A stretch of 35,056 nt of DNA from a virus (Duplodnaviria; Caudoviricetes): positions 1 through 35,056 of the IMG/VR virus record IMGVR_UViG_3300032212_000095. One strand, 5' to 3'. Positions 26,862 to 35,050 of this stretch are shown here, one piece after another. A program made the position numbers and the translations under genes. The notes beneath the pieces are model-generated. The model was given only the letters and a program-made list of their open reading frames with translations, did no database searches and was not told where the DNA came from. The first letter of the stretch is position 1. Each line of letters opens with the position of its first letter.

Positions 26862-29198
26862 TCAGTCGTCCTGACCTTCTTCGTCATTTTTCCAGCGACC
26901 CAAGTCTGTGACGACTTCGCCGCGCAATTTGGCGTTCGCGTCCAGCCAAGGGGCGGCAGCCGGTCCCCTACGGTATCTGCGCGAATTATTCTTGTGCCCG
27001 GCGGCGGGTACGACGACCCATCCGGCGGCCTGAATGGCCTCCGTCATGGCGTGCACATCCGACCTCGGGATGCGCTTCGCGGAGGGGTCCATGGCCGTCT
27101 GGTAGATCTCCATCATCGTGGGGCATTTCGACACCAGCACGGGGTGATCCTCCGTCACGTGGAGGGCCTTCTCGACGCTGGCATTGAAGGGGTTGTCCTT
27201 GCACGCCCCCTCCTGCGCCCTGACCACGTCCTCGTACAGCTGCCGGTCCTCGGGCACCCGATCATAATCGAACCACCACGTTTCACCCGCCTCGTAGGCG
27301 GCCCGGGCCTCGGCCCAGATCTGCAGCCTGACGTCGCGCAGCCCCCGCACGTTGAAGCGACCCTCCGCGAGCACGGGCCAGAAGCGACGATTGCCCGTGC
27401 TATCGGTCAGGAACTGCATGTGATTGGTGGTGGCGGCGAAGACCGTGCGCCGCTGCACGGTGACCGCCTTCGATGTATAGGGCACCCTGTAGCGATCCGA
27501 GGTGGTGCTGATGAAAGATTTGACGTGCTCTGCATCCGCCTTGCCGATGGCCGTCATCTCGGCCACCTCGGCGATCCAGATACCGGCCAGCCACTCCTTG
27601 GCCGCCTTGTCACTGGCCCCGGCCCCCACCTTGGGCATGTCGTCGCCGAAGAGCTGGCCGTCGGCCCCCGGGGCCACGCTGCCAGCCAGAGCCGCCAGAA
27701 GGCTGCTCTTGCCCTCCCTGTGCACGCCCTGTGCCCCCTTGATCACGAGGATGTTGTCCAGCTTGCAGCCCGGTCGCATGGCCCGCGCGACGCAGGCGAT
27801 CAGCCACTTGCGCGACACGGACCTGATATAGGCCCCGCTATGCGCGCCGTCCACCGTGGCCCCGCCGTAGTCGAGCAGCCACGTGTCGATCCGCGGCTCG
27901 CCGTCCCATGCGGGGAGATCCGCGAACATGGCGTGCAGGGGATCCCACGGATCCTCCCCCGCCGCCATACCCACGCCGTCCCTCGTGGCCTCCTTGCCGA
28001 AGGGTTGGCCTATCCAGTCCTCCACGTCGTAGTTGATGTGCGAGCAGAGGAGGAGATCGTCCACGTCCGTCATCTGCCGGGGGAAACCGTCCCCCTCGGG
28101 GAAGACGCCTCCGCCGTCATTCATTAGCCACGGGTGGTGCTGCATGCTGTTCAGGCGGATCGTGCCCTCCATGTGCTGACTGATCCAGTGCGCGATATTG
28201 GTATAGACGTTCTTGATGTTGCCATTGGCCGCCGTCAGGTATCCCCGGGCTGCGGGCGGTCGGTGCGTCACCGTCTCCGTGCGCGGCAGCTCCGCGCCCA
28301 GCGCCTCCAGCCGCTCACCCACGTCTATGGCCACGTCGCCCACCTCTCGCGGCTCCAGAGCCGCCTCGTGGTGCGTGTGGTCCGTCATGCTGTCCCAGAT
28401 GGCCACGCCCCCTTGTGCGTCCAGTGTGGCGCTGCAGCGACGCGTGTTGCGCGCCACGGGGCCGTCCAGCCAAGAGGCCGACAGGTAGTAATACCCGCCG
28501 CCGCCCAGCCGCTCGCGCAGCTCGTCGAGGTTCAGCTCACCCTCCTCGCGCGTGACAAACGCCATGTCGGGGCCCAGATCCCATATCTGCGAGGCTGATG
28601 TGCGCTCCACGTCCTCGCCCCGCACGCGCTCGAAGCGGGCGTCCAGCCAGAGGTAGCAGAAGCGGGCGATTTCCTCGAAGCGAGCCACGCTCAGCTCGGG
28701 CAGATCCGCAAGCGGCACGTCGAGGGGACTGCCGTCCAGCCACTGGTACTCCAGCTCACCCTTGGTGTGCCAGCCCAGCGCGCCGAATTGGCGCGGGCTC
28801 TCGCCGCCAAATATCTCCACGGTGAGGCCCTCGTCGCCGTCCGCGTAGGTTGCCGTGGCGATCCTGCCGAAGGGCTCGCTCGTGCGCACGAACCACGCCT
28901 CCTTGTGCCCCTTACCGCGCCGGTAGAGTGCCCCCTGCAGTTCTGGGAAGGTATCCAGCAGGCTCTCGTACAGCTCGTCGACCTCGGACACGTTCACGTC
29001 GAAGTCGATGGCCGCCAGCCCGTCCTGCAGCCGAAGGCCCGTGGCCTCGAAGGCCGACATGCGGCCCCAGCGCCGGATCTCGGCCTCCGTGATCTCGACC
29101 GTGGACCAGCCCGCGAACTGGCAGAGCTTGTCCACGTTGGGTATGGGGGTGTAATCGTTATCGAGGAGTGTCAGTCTCTCAGCCGTACGCTGCTGCAT
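26862..29198 (-). CDS. Prim-Pol (AEP) primase fused to VapE/VirE-like P-loop helicase
   Basis: 778 aa. N-terminal TGLRL..GLAAIDFDV and QFGALGWH..G..YQW. C-terminal WDGEPRID, ARAMRPGCKLD, GVHREGKS, WIAEVAEM, KSFIS...DRYRVPY, FAATTN..QFLTDSTGNRRFWPV. Confidence 0.92.
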   Translation of the reverse strand: MQQRTAERLTLLDNDYTPIPNVDKLCQFAGWSTVEITEAEIRRWGRMSAFEATGLRLQDGLAAIDFDVNVSEVDELYESLLDTFPELQGALYRRGKGHKEAWFVRTSEPFGRIATATYADGDEGLTVEIFGGESPRQFGALGWHTKGELEYQWLDGSPLDVPLADLPELSVARFEEIARFCYLWLDARFERVRGEDVERTSASQIWDLGPDMAFVTREEGELNLDELRERLGGGGYYYLSASWLDGPVARNTRRCSATLDAQGGVAIWDSMTDHTHHEAALEPREVGDVAIDVGERLEALGAELPRTETVTHRPPAARGYLTAANGNIKNVYTNIAHWISQHMEGTIRLNSMQHHPWLMNDGGGVFPEGDGFPRQMTDVDDLLLCSHINYDVEDWIGQPFGKEATRDGVGMAAGEDPWDPLHAMFADLPAWDGEPRIDTWLLDYGGATVDGAHSGAYIRSVSRKWLIACVARAMRPGCKLDNILVIKGAQGVHREGKSSLLAALAGSVAPGADGQLFGDDMPKVGAGASDKAAKEWLAGIWIAEVAEMTAIGKADAEHVKSFISTTSDRYRVPYTSKAVTVQRRTVFAATTNHMQFLTDSTGNRRFWPVLAEGRFNVRGLRDVRLQIWAEARAAYEAGETWWFDYDRVPEDRQLYEDVVRAQEGACKDNPFNASVEKALHVTEDHPVLVSKCPTMMEIYQTAMDPSAKRIPRSDVHAMTEAIQAAGWVVVPAAGHKNNSRRYRRGPAAAPWLDANAKLRGEVVTDLGRWKNDEEGQDD

Positions 29199-29316
29199 TG
29201 GTCGTCGTCCCTACATTCTGTGGCCGCGAGGGCCTCGTTGCATATCGGTTGCGTCCGACCGCGTCCTGTTGTAGGAATATGTCGGACCTGTCAGTCTCAT
29301 TGGTGCCTCGCACCGC

Positions 29317-29347
29317 AAGGCCCCGCCCTTAAAACAGGCGGGGCCTT
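29317..29347. other. Intergenic hairpin upstream of primase (terminator-like or regulatory)
   Basis: AAGGCCCCGCC-9 nt-GGCGGGGCCTT perfect 11-bp stem; no clear U-tract on the coding (minus) strand. Confidence 0.5.
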
Positions 29348-29372
29348 CTTCGTAGCACGGATGCCGGGCCTA

Positions 29373-29624
29373 TCAAAGGGGCTCGCCGCAGTAGCGGCAC
29401 GTATGCCCTCGCCCACGCGCTCCGCAGCCTTGGCATCGATGGAAGCCGAACACGCTGCAGGAGGCTCCCTTGAGCCCCACGTCCACTCGGCGGGAGGGAT
29501 CGGGCGGGCGAGCCATATCCGCGAGCTTCGACGCCTCCATCTGGGCCCTGAGTGCACGCTCTTTCTTCGTGTGCATCTCATCCAAGGACGGCCTGATAAT
29601 AGGCCTACCATAAACCATCGTCAT
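29373..29624 (-). CDS. Small zinc-ribbon protein
   Basis: 83 aa with C-terminal CQGC...CRYC; ATGA-coupled to the upstream gene. Confidence 0.7.
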   Translation of the reverse strand: MTMVYGRPIIRPSLDEMHTKKERALRAQMEASKLADMARPPDPSRRVDVGLKGASCSVFGFHRCQGCGARGRGHTCRYCGEPL

Positions 29625-29920
29625 GACAGTCGTACTCCCTCGGGCGCGGACGGATCCTCGGTGACACTGATGTCGACGACCACCCCCGCGTAGACGTCGC
29701 TCGTTATCGTGCCGAGGTAGCGACCCACGGAGGCGAAGGCCTCGTTCAGTTCAGTCGTGCCATCCTCCTGCAGGTTTTCAACGCACACCGTCAGAAGGGA
29801 CACGACGGCCATTCGGGAGAGAAAACACGTGGAGCATAAACCTTCCCTCCCGCCCTCCTCAACTAGGCGCTGCAGGGCGGCTTCGACCAGCCTGTCGATC
29901 TCGTGCACGTCGCAGCTCAT
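29621..29920 (-). CDS. Hypothetical protein with CxxC
   Basis: 99 aa from ATG 29920 (MSCDVHEIDRL...LCSTC), coupled by ATGA overlaps at both ends. Confidence 0.7.
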   Translation of the reverse strand: MSCDVHEIDRLVEAALQRLVEEGGREGLCSTCFLSRMAVVSLLTVCVENLQEDGTTELNEAFASVGRYLGTITSDVYAGVVVDISVTEDPSAPEGVRLS

Positions 29921-30129
29921 GTGCTCCACCCCATAAGGATGGCCAAGATGCCCAGCGCGGTGCTGAGGAGCACCAAGCGAAGGTATACTGGCCATCGCTC
30001 GTAGAAGAACGCGGTCCAGTAGGACTGCAAGCCGAGGGCGTAGGCCAGCGGGGCCGTCAGGACGTCGACGAGTGCGGCCAGCCCGAAAAGGATCGTAAAG
30101 GGCACGAGGGTCAAAATCATATCGGTCAT
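29917..30129 (-). CDS. Small membrane protein (two hydrophobic segments)
   Basis: 70 aa, hydrophobic; GGAGG RBS and ATGA overlap. Confidence 0.7.
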   Translation of the reverse strand: MTDMILTLVPFTILFGLAALVDVLTAPLAYALGLQSYWTAFFYERWPVYLRLVLLSTALGILAILMGWST

Positions 30130-30869
30130 GAGGTTTCCTCCTGCGACGGGAGAAGCACGAAGTCAGAGATGCCCTCGTCAATATAGACCGGCAGGTCGAG
30201 CACGTAGGGGATGGTCGAGGTGGCAGGTTCGCCCAGCGCGGGTACCGCGCGAATAGTGGCGTCTCGTTGAACGGAATTATAGAAATCCATAGTCATCAGC
30301 CATCGCTCGGGCACTAAACCCCATGTCGCGTGAGCCTCCAGCGCATTGTATAGCCGGTCGAGGGGAGACAGTTTATCCGCGACCCCGGGGCCGAAGGTGA
30401 CGCGCGGCGCTAACTTCTGCCGGGCCGAGCGCGCCATATCCGCGAGCACCGTGTCCGATAAAGATGGGAGCCGGACCTCCCGCAGGCTCAGAGCCGCCCC
30501 CAAAGCCTCCTCGAACACGCCCATCGAGGGCGTGGTGCCGAATATGTTTTCGTCGGGTCGGTCGTCATCGCCGATCTCCCGGGCCTCGTAGGCGATCAGG
30601 AAGGCGATGCAGCAGCCCGCGTGCCAGAGGTGACTGAAGCCGGTCTCGGGATCGCAATCCTCGCCTCCCCACCACGCCGCCATGTGACGCCCCAAAGCGG
30701 CATAGGGGCGGCTCCAGTTCATGCCCAGCTCCCAGTTGCGGTCGCTGTACTTGTCCGCACCATAGCTGAGCACGGCGGCCACCGCCGCCCCCAACTCCGG
30801 GGGCAGCAGCTCGTAGCGCAGTTTGTTCTGGTCGTCTTTGCGGCCCTCTGGCCTCTTCTGGTCGTCCAT
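30126..30869 (-). CDS. dATP/dGTP diphosphohydrolase (DUF5664-type) with C-terminal extension
   Basis: GRKDDQNKLRYELLP...YGADKYSDRNW..G......AALGRH..AW..GED.DPETG.SHL.HA.C motif in the first 105 or so of 247 aa. Confidence 0.88.
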   Translation of the reverse strand: MDDQKRPEGRKDDQNKLRYELLPPELGAAVAAVLSYGADKYSDRNWELGMNWSRPYAALGRHMAAWWGGEDCDPETGFSHLWHAGCCIAFLIAYEAREIGDDDRPDENIFGTTPSMGVFEEALGAALSLREVRLPSLSDTVLADMARSARQKLAPRVTFGPGVADKLSPLDRLYNALEAHATWGLVPERWLMTMDFYNSVQRDATIRAVPALGEPATSTIPYVLDLPVYIDEGISDFVLLPSQEETS

Positions 30870-30870
30870 G

Positions 30871-31857
30871 TCAGTCTCCTATCTTGGTGTAGTAATCGTG
30901 TTGCGTCGTCTCCGCCACCATCGGCAGACCCTCGGCCCACTCGGGCAGGCTCTCCATGGCCAGCTTCAGGCGGGTCTCGGCCTCGTCCGCGTAGCGCTCG
31001 GGCACCAGCTGGCCGATCTCATCGTGCGTGTGCAGGATCGTCTTGGCCCAGCTCCAGTCGCGCTTCTCCAGCTGCACCAGCGTATGGCGGAGGAGCGAAC
31101 CGGCGGTGCCCTGTGTGATGTTCTCGGCCAGCGTGCCGTGCCACAGGCTCTTGCGCTCGTAGCCCGAGGTGTAGCGGATCTTCATCTCCTTCATCTCCTC
31201 GCCCGTCTCCTCATCCTCGAACTTGACCATCTCGCGGCGCAGGGCGGGGTAGGCGATGGCGCGACCGTCGGGCAGGTAGCAGAACATGCAGCCGCGCAGG
31301 ATAGAGGGCAGGTAGACGTAGCTCACACGGCCCACGCTCTGGATCTCGCCCGGGTTGTCCCACGCCTTCTGGAAGGCGCGCATCAGCTCACCCCAGAAGT
31401 CCACGGCCCACTGGTTGTTGGCGCGCCAGCGACTGACGACCATCTTCTTGAAATCCTCCTCCAAGTGCAGGCCGTAGCCCGTGGCCATGGCCGTCAGCGC
31501 GCCTTCGCTGCCGCCGAAGCCCAGCGCCAAAATGGCCACCTTGCCTACCGGTCTCTCAGGGCCCTTCTTCGTCACGTCCGCAATGGGCATGTCGTAGATG
31601 CCCGCCGCCTCGACCATGTAGATATCGGGCAGGGAGGGGTCGGCATCGTTGGTGCGAAAGACATCCAGTACGCGGTCGGCGGCCTTGGTATTGGCCAGCC
31701 ACGGCAGCACGCGGGCCTCGATGGCCGACCAGTCGCCCCAGACAATCTTGTAGCCCTCGGGGGCCACGATCTGGGGCCGGATCAGGCGGCTTACGGCGCG
31801 GCTGGTGGGGCCGAAGCGGGCCTCGAATTGGGTAACTGTGTCAGTCGTGATCATCAC
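30871..31857 (-). CDS. Family A DNA polymerase, C-terminal (palm/fingers) half only
   Basis: 328 aa with own GGAGG RBS. Motif A GDWSAIEARVL, motif B R..GKVAILALGFGG, LPDGR, ENITQG, motif C HTHDEI. No exonuclease, thumb or TGR...QN motifs. Confidence 0.9.
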   Translation of the reverse strand: MMITTDTVTQFEARFGPTSRAVSRLIRPQIVAPEGYKIVWGDWSAIEARVLPWLANTKAADRVLDVFRTNDADPSLPDIYMVEAAGIYDMPIADVTKKGPERPVGKVAILALGFGGSEGALTAMATGYGLHLEEDFKKMVVSRWRANNQWAVDFWGELMRAFQKAWDNPGEIQSVGRVSYVYLPSILRGCMFCYLPDGRAIAYPALRREMVKFEDEETGEEMKEMKIRYTSGYERKSLWHGTLAENITQGTAGSLLRHTLVQLEKRDWSWAKTILHTHDEIGQLVPERYADEAETRLKLAMESLPEWAEGLPMVAETTQHDYYTKIGD

Positions 31858-31893
31858 ACGTCCTCCGGGCGCTCGATAAGGCTATCGCGCCAG

Positions 31894-32433
31894 TCATTGC
31901 AGTCCCTCGCATACGTTATAGCCGAACGTGCCAAGCTGCGCGCCGGTCCGGTTGGTGAACCCAGCCGTGATCTGGCCGGTTTCGATCCCATCAAGAAACC
32001 AGCGCGACAGATCTGGGCTGTAGGTCTCTGCGATATTGGCATTGGCCACATCTGCCCTTGGTCCGGTAAGCGGGACAGGGATAATGGTCATGGCGCTGAC
32101 ACCGGCGACTGCCCGATGGAAGCCGAAGATGGTATCAGCCTCTATGCACGAGCCGGGCACGGCCTCAACCGCCCTCAGCAGGAAGGTGCCTGCGCTCACG
32201 AAGCGACCGGACAAGCGGATAGGGCGTCCCTCTGCGAAGGCCCGCGCCATGACGCGGTTAACGTATTCCCGGCCTTGAGCAATGCCGCCGCCGCCTCTGC
32301 CGTTGATGACAATGGGTGGTGCCGACTGATCAATTGTGCCGCTGAACTGTGGCGGGGCGGACCCCTCTGGCGCAACCGCGCAGGCCGAAACCAGAGCGAC
32401 GAGTGCAAGGGGGATGATAGCTTTATAGGGCAT
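31894..32433 (-). CDS. Predicted lipoprotein with ClpP/crotonase-like motif
   Basis: Start ATG 32433 (GGAG RBS). Signal MPYKAIIPLALVALVSA-C with lipobox; GGG...IRLSGRFVSAGT...CI...IFGFH. Confidence 0.7.
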   Translation of the reverse strand: MPYKAIIPLALVALVSACAVAPEGSAPPQFSGTIDQSAPPIVINGRGGGGIAQGREYVNRVMARAFAEGRPIRLSGRFVSAGTFLLRAVEAVPGSCIEADTIFGFHRAVAGVSAMTIIPVPLTGPRADVANANIAETYSPDLSRWFLDGIETGQITAGFTNRTGAQLGTFGYNVCEGLQ

Positions 32434-32563
32434 AGAATACTCCAACAATAAGGACGATGCCGACCATCCACCCAAGCATGGCGTAAAGGGTAAATCTCAG
32501 GAGGCCAGTGCCGGGCGGTGGTTCGCCGGGCAGGTGGTCGGGTTCATGGTGGTGCGGGGTCAT
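32423..32563 (-). CDS. 46-aa single-pass membrane protein (below ORF-track cut-off)
   Basis: MTPHHHEPDHLPGEPPPGTGLLRFTLYAMLGWMVGIVLIVGVFYAL; ATGA-coupled upstream and overlapping the next start. Confidence 0.6.
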   Translation of the reverse strand: MTPHHHEPDHLPGEPPPGTGLLRFTLYAMLGWMVGIVLIVGVFYAL

Positions 32564-33006
32564 GGGGTGGGTTCCGGGAGGTCTGGCCTTGGGAATGGAC
32601 CTAGATAATCAAAATCTTCGATTACCTCTATCCCCGACCTTGATGGGTGTGGGTCGTGGAGCATTCGACTGGCCACCCGATCATAGACAACGGCATGGCG
32701 AACGCCGCGCGGGGATATGCCCGTCGCCATTACTATGGCCGGAATCTGGAAATTCCCCCATTCGGGGTCAAATAAGATCGTTTCAGATGCAAGTTCGCAA
32801 TTTGGGAACGTCCTGATAGAAAACCCCATATCGCGCAAGGTGCGATGAAAGGCCATGTTCCAATCGCCGCTCTCCGCAATCGGATGCGGCAATGCTTTGG
32901 GGTCAATACCTAGGATGGTGGCACAGCACGCACGGCAGCAGTCGCCATGGGTTCCGAGTTCTGCATCGCTGAATGTTGTTTGATCGTGAAAGGTGAGGTC
33001 GAGCAT
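32560..33006 (-). CDS. Phage protein with papain/C39-like peptidase motifs
   Basis: 148 aa from ATG 33006; QT...GDCCRAC.A..LG, G.SPRG.RHAVV, HDPHP (Cys/His/Asp pattern). Confidence 0.6.
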   Translation of the reverse strand: MLDLTFHDQTTFSDAELGTHGDCCRACCATILGIDPKALPHPIAESGDWNMAFHRTLRDMGFSIRTFPNCELASETILFDPEWGNFQIPAIVMATGISPRGVRHAVVYDRVASRMLHDPHPSRSGIEVIEDFDYLGPFPRPDLPEPTP

Positions 33007-33077
33007 CACAATACCCCCCACATCACGTCAATCACCTTCGCCAAAAGGTCCGTCAGCGCGTCCTTGCGGTCAGTCAT
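33006..33077 (-). CDS. 23-aa mini-ORF, probable gene remnant maintaining translational coupling
   Basis: MTDRKDALTDLLAKVIDVMWGVL; overlaps the upstream stop and ends in TGATG with the next start. Confidence 0.45.
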   Translation of the reverse strand: MTDRKDALTDLLAKVIDVMWGVL

Positions 33078-33741
33078 GGCGATCACCTGCGAGGGCGCGG
33101 AGTGCGTGAACCTGATCCCCCTCCACCCAGAGGCGATACATCATGGCAATGACCTGTCGCATTTCCCCTAATACGTTTTCTGGTGTTTCGCGTCCTTCGG
33201 CGCAATGAATTGCCGCTTTCACTACTTCCCCGGACTCTTCCGCGAATTTCGATATTACGTAATTCGGTTGAGGGAATTTCCGCATAGCTTTGTCGCCTTC
33301 GGTCATTCCGTCCCTGACCAGAGAGAAAAACCCATCCTCCTGCACCGTCACGCCTTCGGTCTCGGCGGGCTGGTCGAGAAGGGCTTCCAAGATGCGTTCT
33401 CGATGATCCGTATCAGCGCCTTGCATGGCTTCTTTCTCAGTCGTGAAGTAGGGTGTGCCCTTTCCGCTGACGATATGCCCCGCGTAGCCTGAACGAGAAT
33501 ACCCCCAATGCCCCATCTTGAATCTGACAGAGTAGGCTGTTTGCCCACAGCGCCCAATTCGGCAATCCTGCCCCTCGGGTATATCATACCAAGTCAGCGG
33601 CTTTATCTGCACCGCCTCCCTGATCCCCTTGGCCCGCGCCTCGGCAAGCATGGCGGGGATGTTGCGTCGGGGTGGATCGTATTTCGGGTCGCCGTCAGGG
33701 GCCAAGTTGACTGGCGCTCCACAGGACTTGCACTTGCTCAT
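33070..33741 (-). CDS. Mosaic protein with C-terminal MazG-like NTP pyrophosphatase-like domain
   Basis: 223 aa. N-terminal CKSC, middle IKPLTW...ERILEAL, C-terminal AMRKFPQPNYVISKFAEESGEVVKA...GEMRQVIAM. Confidence 0.65.
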   Translation of the reverse strand: MSKCKSCGAPVNLAPDGDPKYDPPRRNIPAMLAEARAKGIREAVQIKPLTWYDIPEGQDCRIGRCGQTAYSVRFKMGHWGYSRSGYAGHIVSGKGTPYFTTEKEAMQGADTDHRERILEALLDQPAETEGVTVQEDGFFSLVRDGMTEGDKAMRKFPQPNYVISKFAEESGEVVKAAIHCAEGRETPENVLGEMRQVIAMMYRLWVEGDQVHALRALAGDRHD

Positions 33742-33742
33742 G

Positions 33743-34150
33743 TCACTCCCCTTTCTTTAGGACGCGAATGCGAGAAGCCGCGACAGCCGAACCAATGGCA
33801 GCTTCATCCGCAGCCGCCTTAATCGCGGCGTTCCATGCTTCGTCACGTTCGGCCTCGGCTTTCTCTGCGCGGGCGCGGAGTTCTTGTATAGAAAACAACC
33901 CATGGCCAGCACCACCGCGAAACGTGTATTCATACCACGGGTCGCCGGCTTCGGGGCAAGTACCCTCGGCGTCGATGTGCTGCTCCGGGTCATACCCACC
34001 TAGAATTTCTGCGATCATCCCGTAGGATACGGACATGTCAAACAGCTCGGACCCTCCGATGCCGTTTACAGGCCAACCCTCAAGGATTGCTTTTGCAAAC
34101 CCCTCAAAATTAGGTTCCACCGCATCCCGGCTCGTATCTATCTCAGTCAT
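33743..34150 (-). CDS. Hypothetical protein, tandem paralogue A (MTEIDTSR...AEKAEAERDEAWNAAI)
   Basis: 135 aa; ATGA-coupled; shares both ends with the adjacent gene. Confidence 0.75.
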   Translation of the reverse strand: MTEIDTSRDAVEPNFEGFAKAILEGWPVNGIGGSELFDMSVSYGMIAEILGGYDPEQHIDAEGTCPEAGDPWYEYTFRGGAGHGLFSIQELRARAEKAEAERDEAWNAAIKAAADEAAIGSAVAASRIRVLKKGE

Positions 34151-34330
34151 TGGTCTGTTCCTTTCTTTAGGGCGCGGATTGCGTCTCTTATTTCACAGGC
34201 CATTGCCGGTATGCGGATCGAAGCCAACGCCAGCCGCCGTTCGTTTTCACGCATTGCTTCATTTGCCGCAGCCTCAATCGCGGCGTTCCATGCCTCGTCA
34301 CGTTCAGCCTCAGCTTTCTCTGCGCGGGCG
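33821..34330. repeat. 55-bp direct repeat (33821-33875 and 34276-34330)
   Basis: 52/55 identical by manual alignment. A second 28-bp repeat (34128-34155 and 34421-34448, 26/28) covers both start codons. Confidence 0.9.
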
Positions 34331-34443
34331 AGAAGGGCGCGGAGCATGGCGGCTGTTTGGTCTGCACCCGCCTCTGGCGTGATGAAAACCGTCGCGTTGG
34401 CATACTTCTCGACGTTCGCTCGGCTCGTGTCTATCTCTGTCAT
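34147..34443 (-). CDS. Hypothetical protein, tandem paralogue B
   Basis: 98 aa; same N- and C-terminal blocks as 33743-34150. Confidence 0.75.
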   Translation of the reverse strand: MTEIDTSRANVEKYANATVFITPEAGADQTAAMLRALLARAEKAEAERDEAWNAAIEAAANEAMRENERRLALASIRIPAMACEIRDAIRALKKGTDQ

Positions 34444-34877
34444 TGGTCGCCTCCTTTCAGGGCTTCACCCGCGATCTGCTGCATGTGAAACTCGTTAGTG
34501 GTCTGTCCGGCATGGTGAGGCTTCATATCCCTGATCCGCGTCAGCGCGTCCGTCAGCCTCTCAACTTCGTCCAGCGCGGCGGTAAGGGCGGCGTGAAGGT
34601 CAGGCGCGGCGGCGATCAGAGCTGTATTCTGCGGTCCACGTGGTCCGTTGCCGGTCAGGCAGATGTCGCAGTCATCCCCGTCGTCATGCTTCGCCGACAC
34701 AAAGAGGAACCTGTCAGGGCTGCCCATTTTGACCGAGTTCGTAACATACTCGCCCAATTCTTCAGGCGTCATTTGGTTTCCATCCTCACCAACCATGTTG
34801 TGTCCCGTCCACGGGGGCGAGGTGTATCCGCCTAGCCGCTCGGCCAGCGCGCGGGCTTCTTCGGGGGCGGGGGTCAT
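34440..34877 (-). CDS. Ead/Ea22-like phage accessory protein
   Basis: 145 aa. YTSPPW...NTALIAAAPDL...ALDEVERL motifs. Confidence 0.6.
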   Translation of the reverse strand: MTPAPEEARALAERLGGYTSPPWTGHNMVGEDGNQMTPEELGEYVTNSVKMGSPDRFLFVSAKHDDGDDCDICLTGNGPRGPQNTALIAAAPDLHAALTAALDEVERLTDALTRIRDMKPHHAGQTTNEFHMQQIAGEALKGGDQ

Positions 34878-35050
34878 CTGCGGAACCCCTCGGCGTCCAT
34901 GCGCTCAAAGTGCTCTTTTCGTCTCTCGTTTTCCCAGAACAGGCGGTCATCAACATCATGCTCTGATTGGCCTAACCTTTCGGCCCATTTGTTGCGCACT
35001 TGGCTTTCGCTCATATGCGTGTTTGCAATACGAAAATCATTGAAGTTCAT
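34874..35050 (-). CDS. Hypothetical protein (may start beyond the right edge)
   Basis: Open frame MNFNDFRIANTHMSESQVRNKWAERLG...MDAEGFRR, ending in an ATGA overlap with the gene at 34877; frame is open to the window edge. Confidence 0.55.
   Translation of the reverse strand: MNFNDFRIANTHMSESQVRNKWAERLGQSEHDVDDRLFWENERRKEHFERMDAEGFRR

Noticed and set aside
29211-29300. 29-aa ORF (MRLTGPTYSY...) upstream of primase
   Set aside because: It is short with no recognisable motif and cannot be told apart from chance in a probable regulatory spacer.
33821-34330. 55-bp repeat pair as a DGR template/variable repeat
   Set aside because: The three differences are synonymous third-position transitions, both copies lie in coding genes, and no reverse transcriptase is present.
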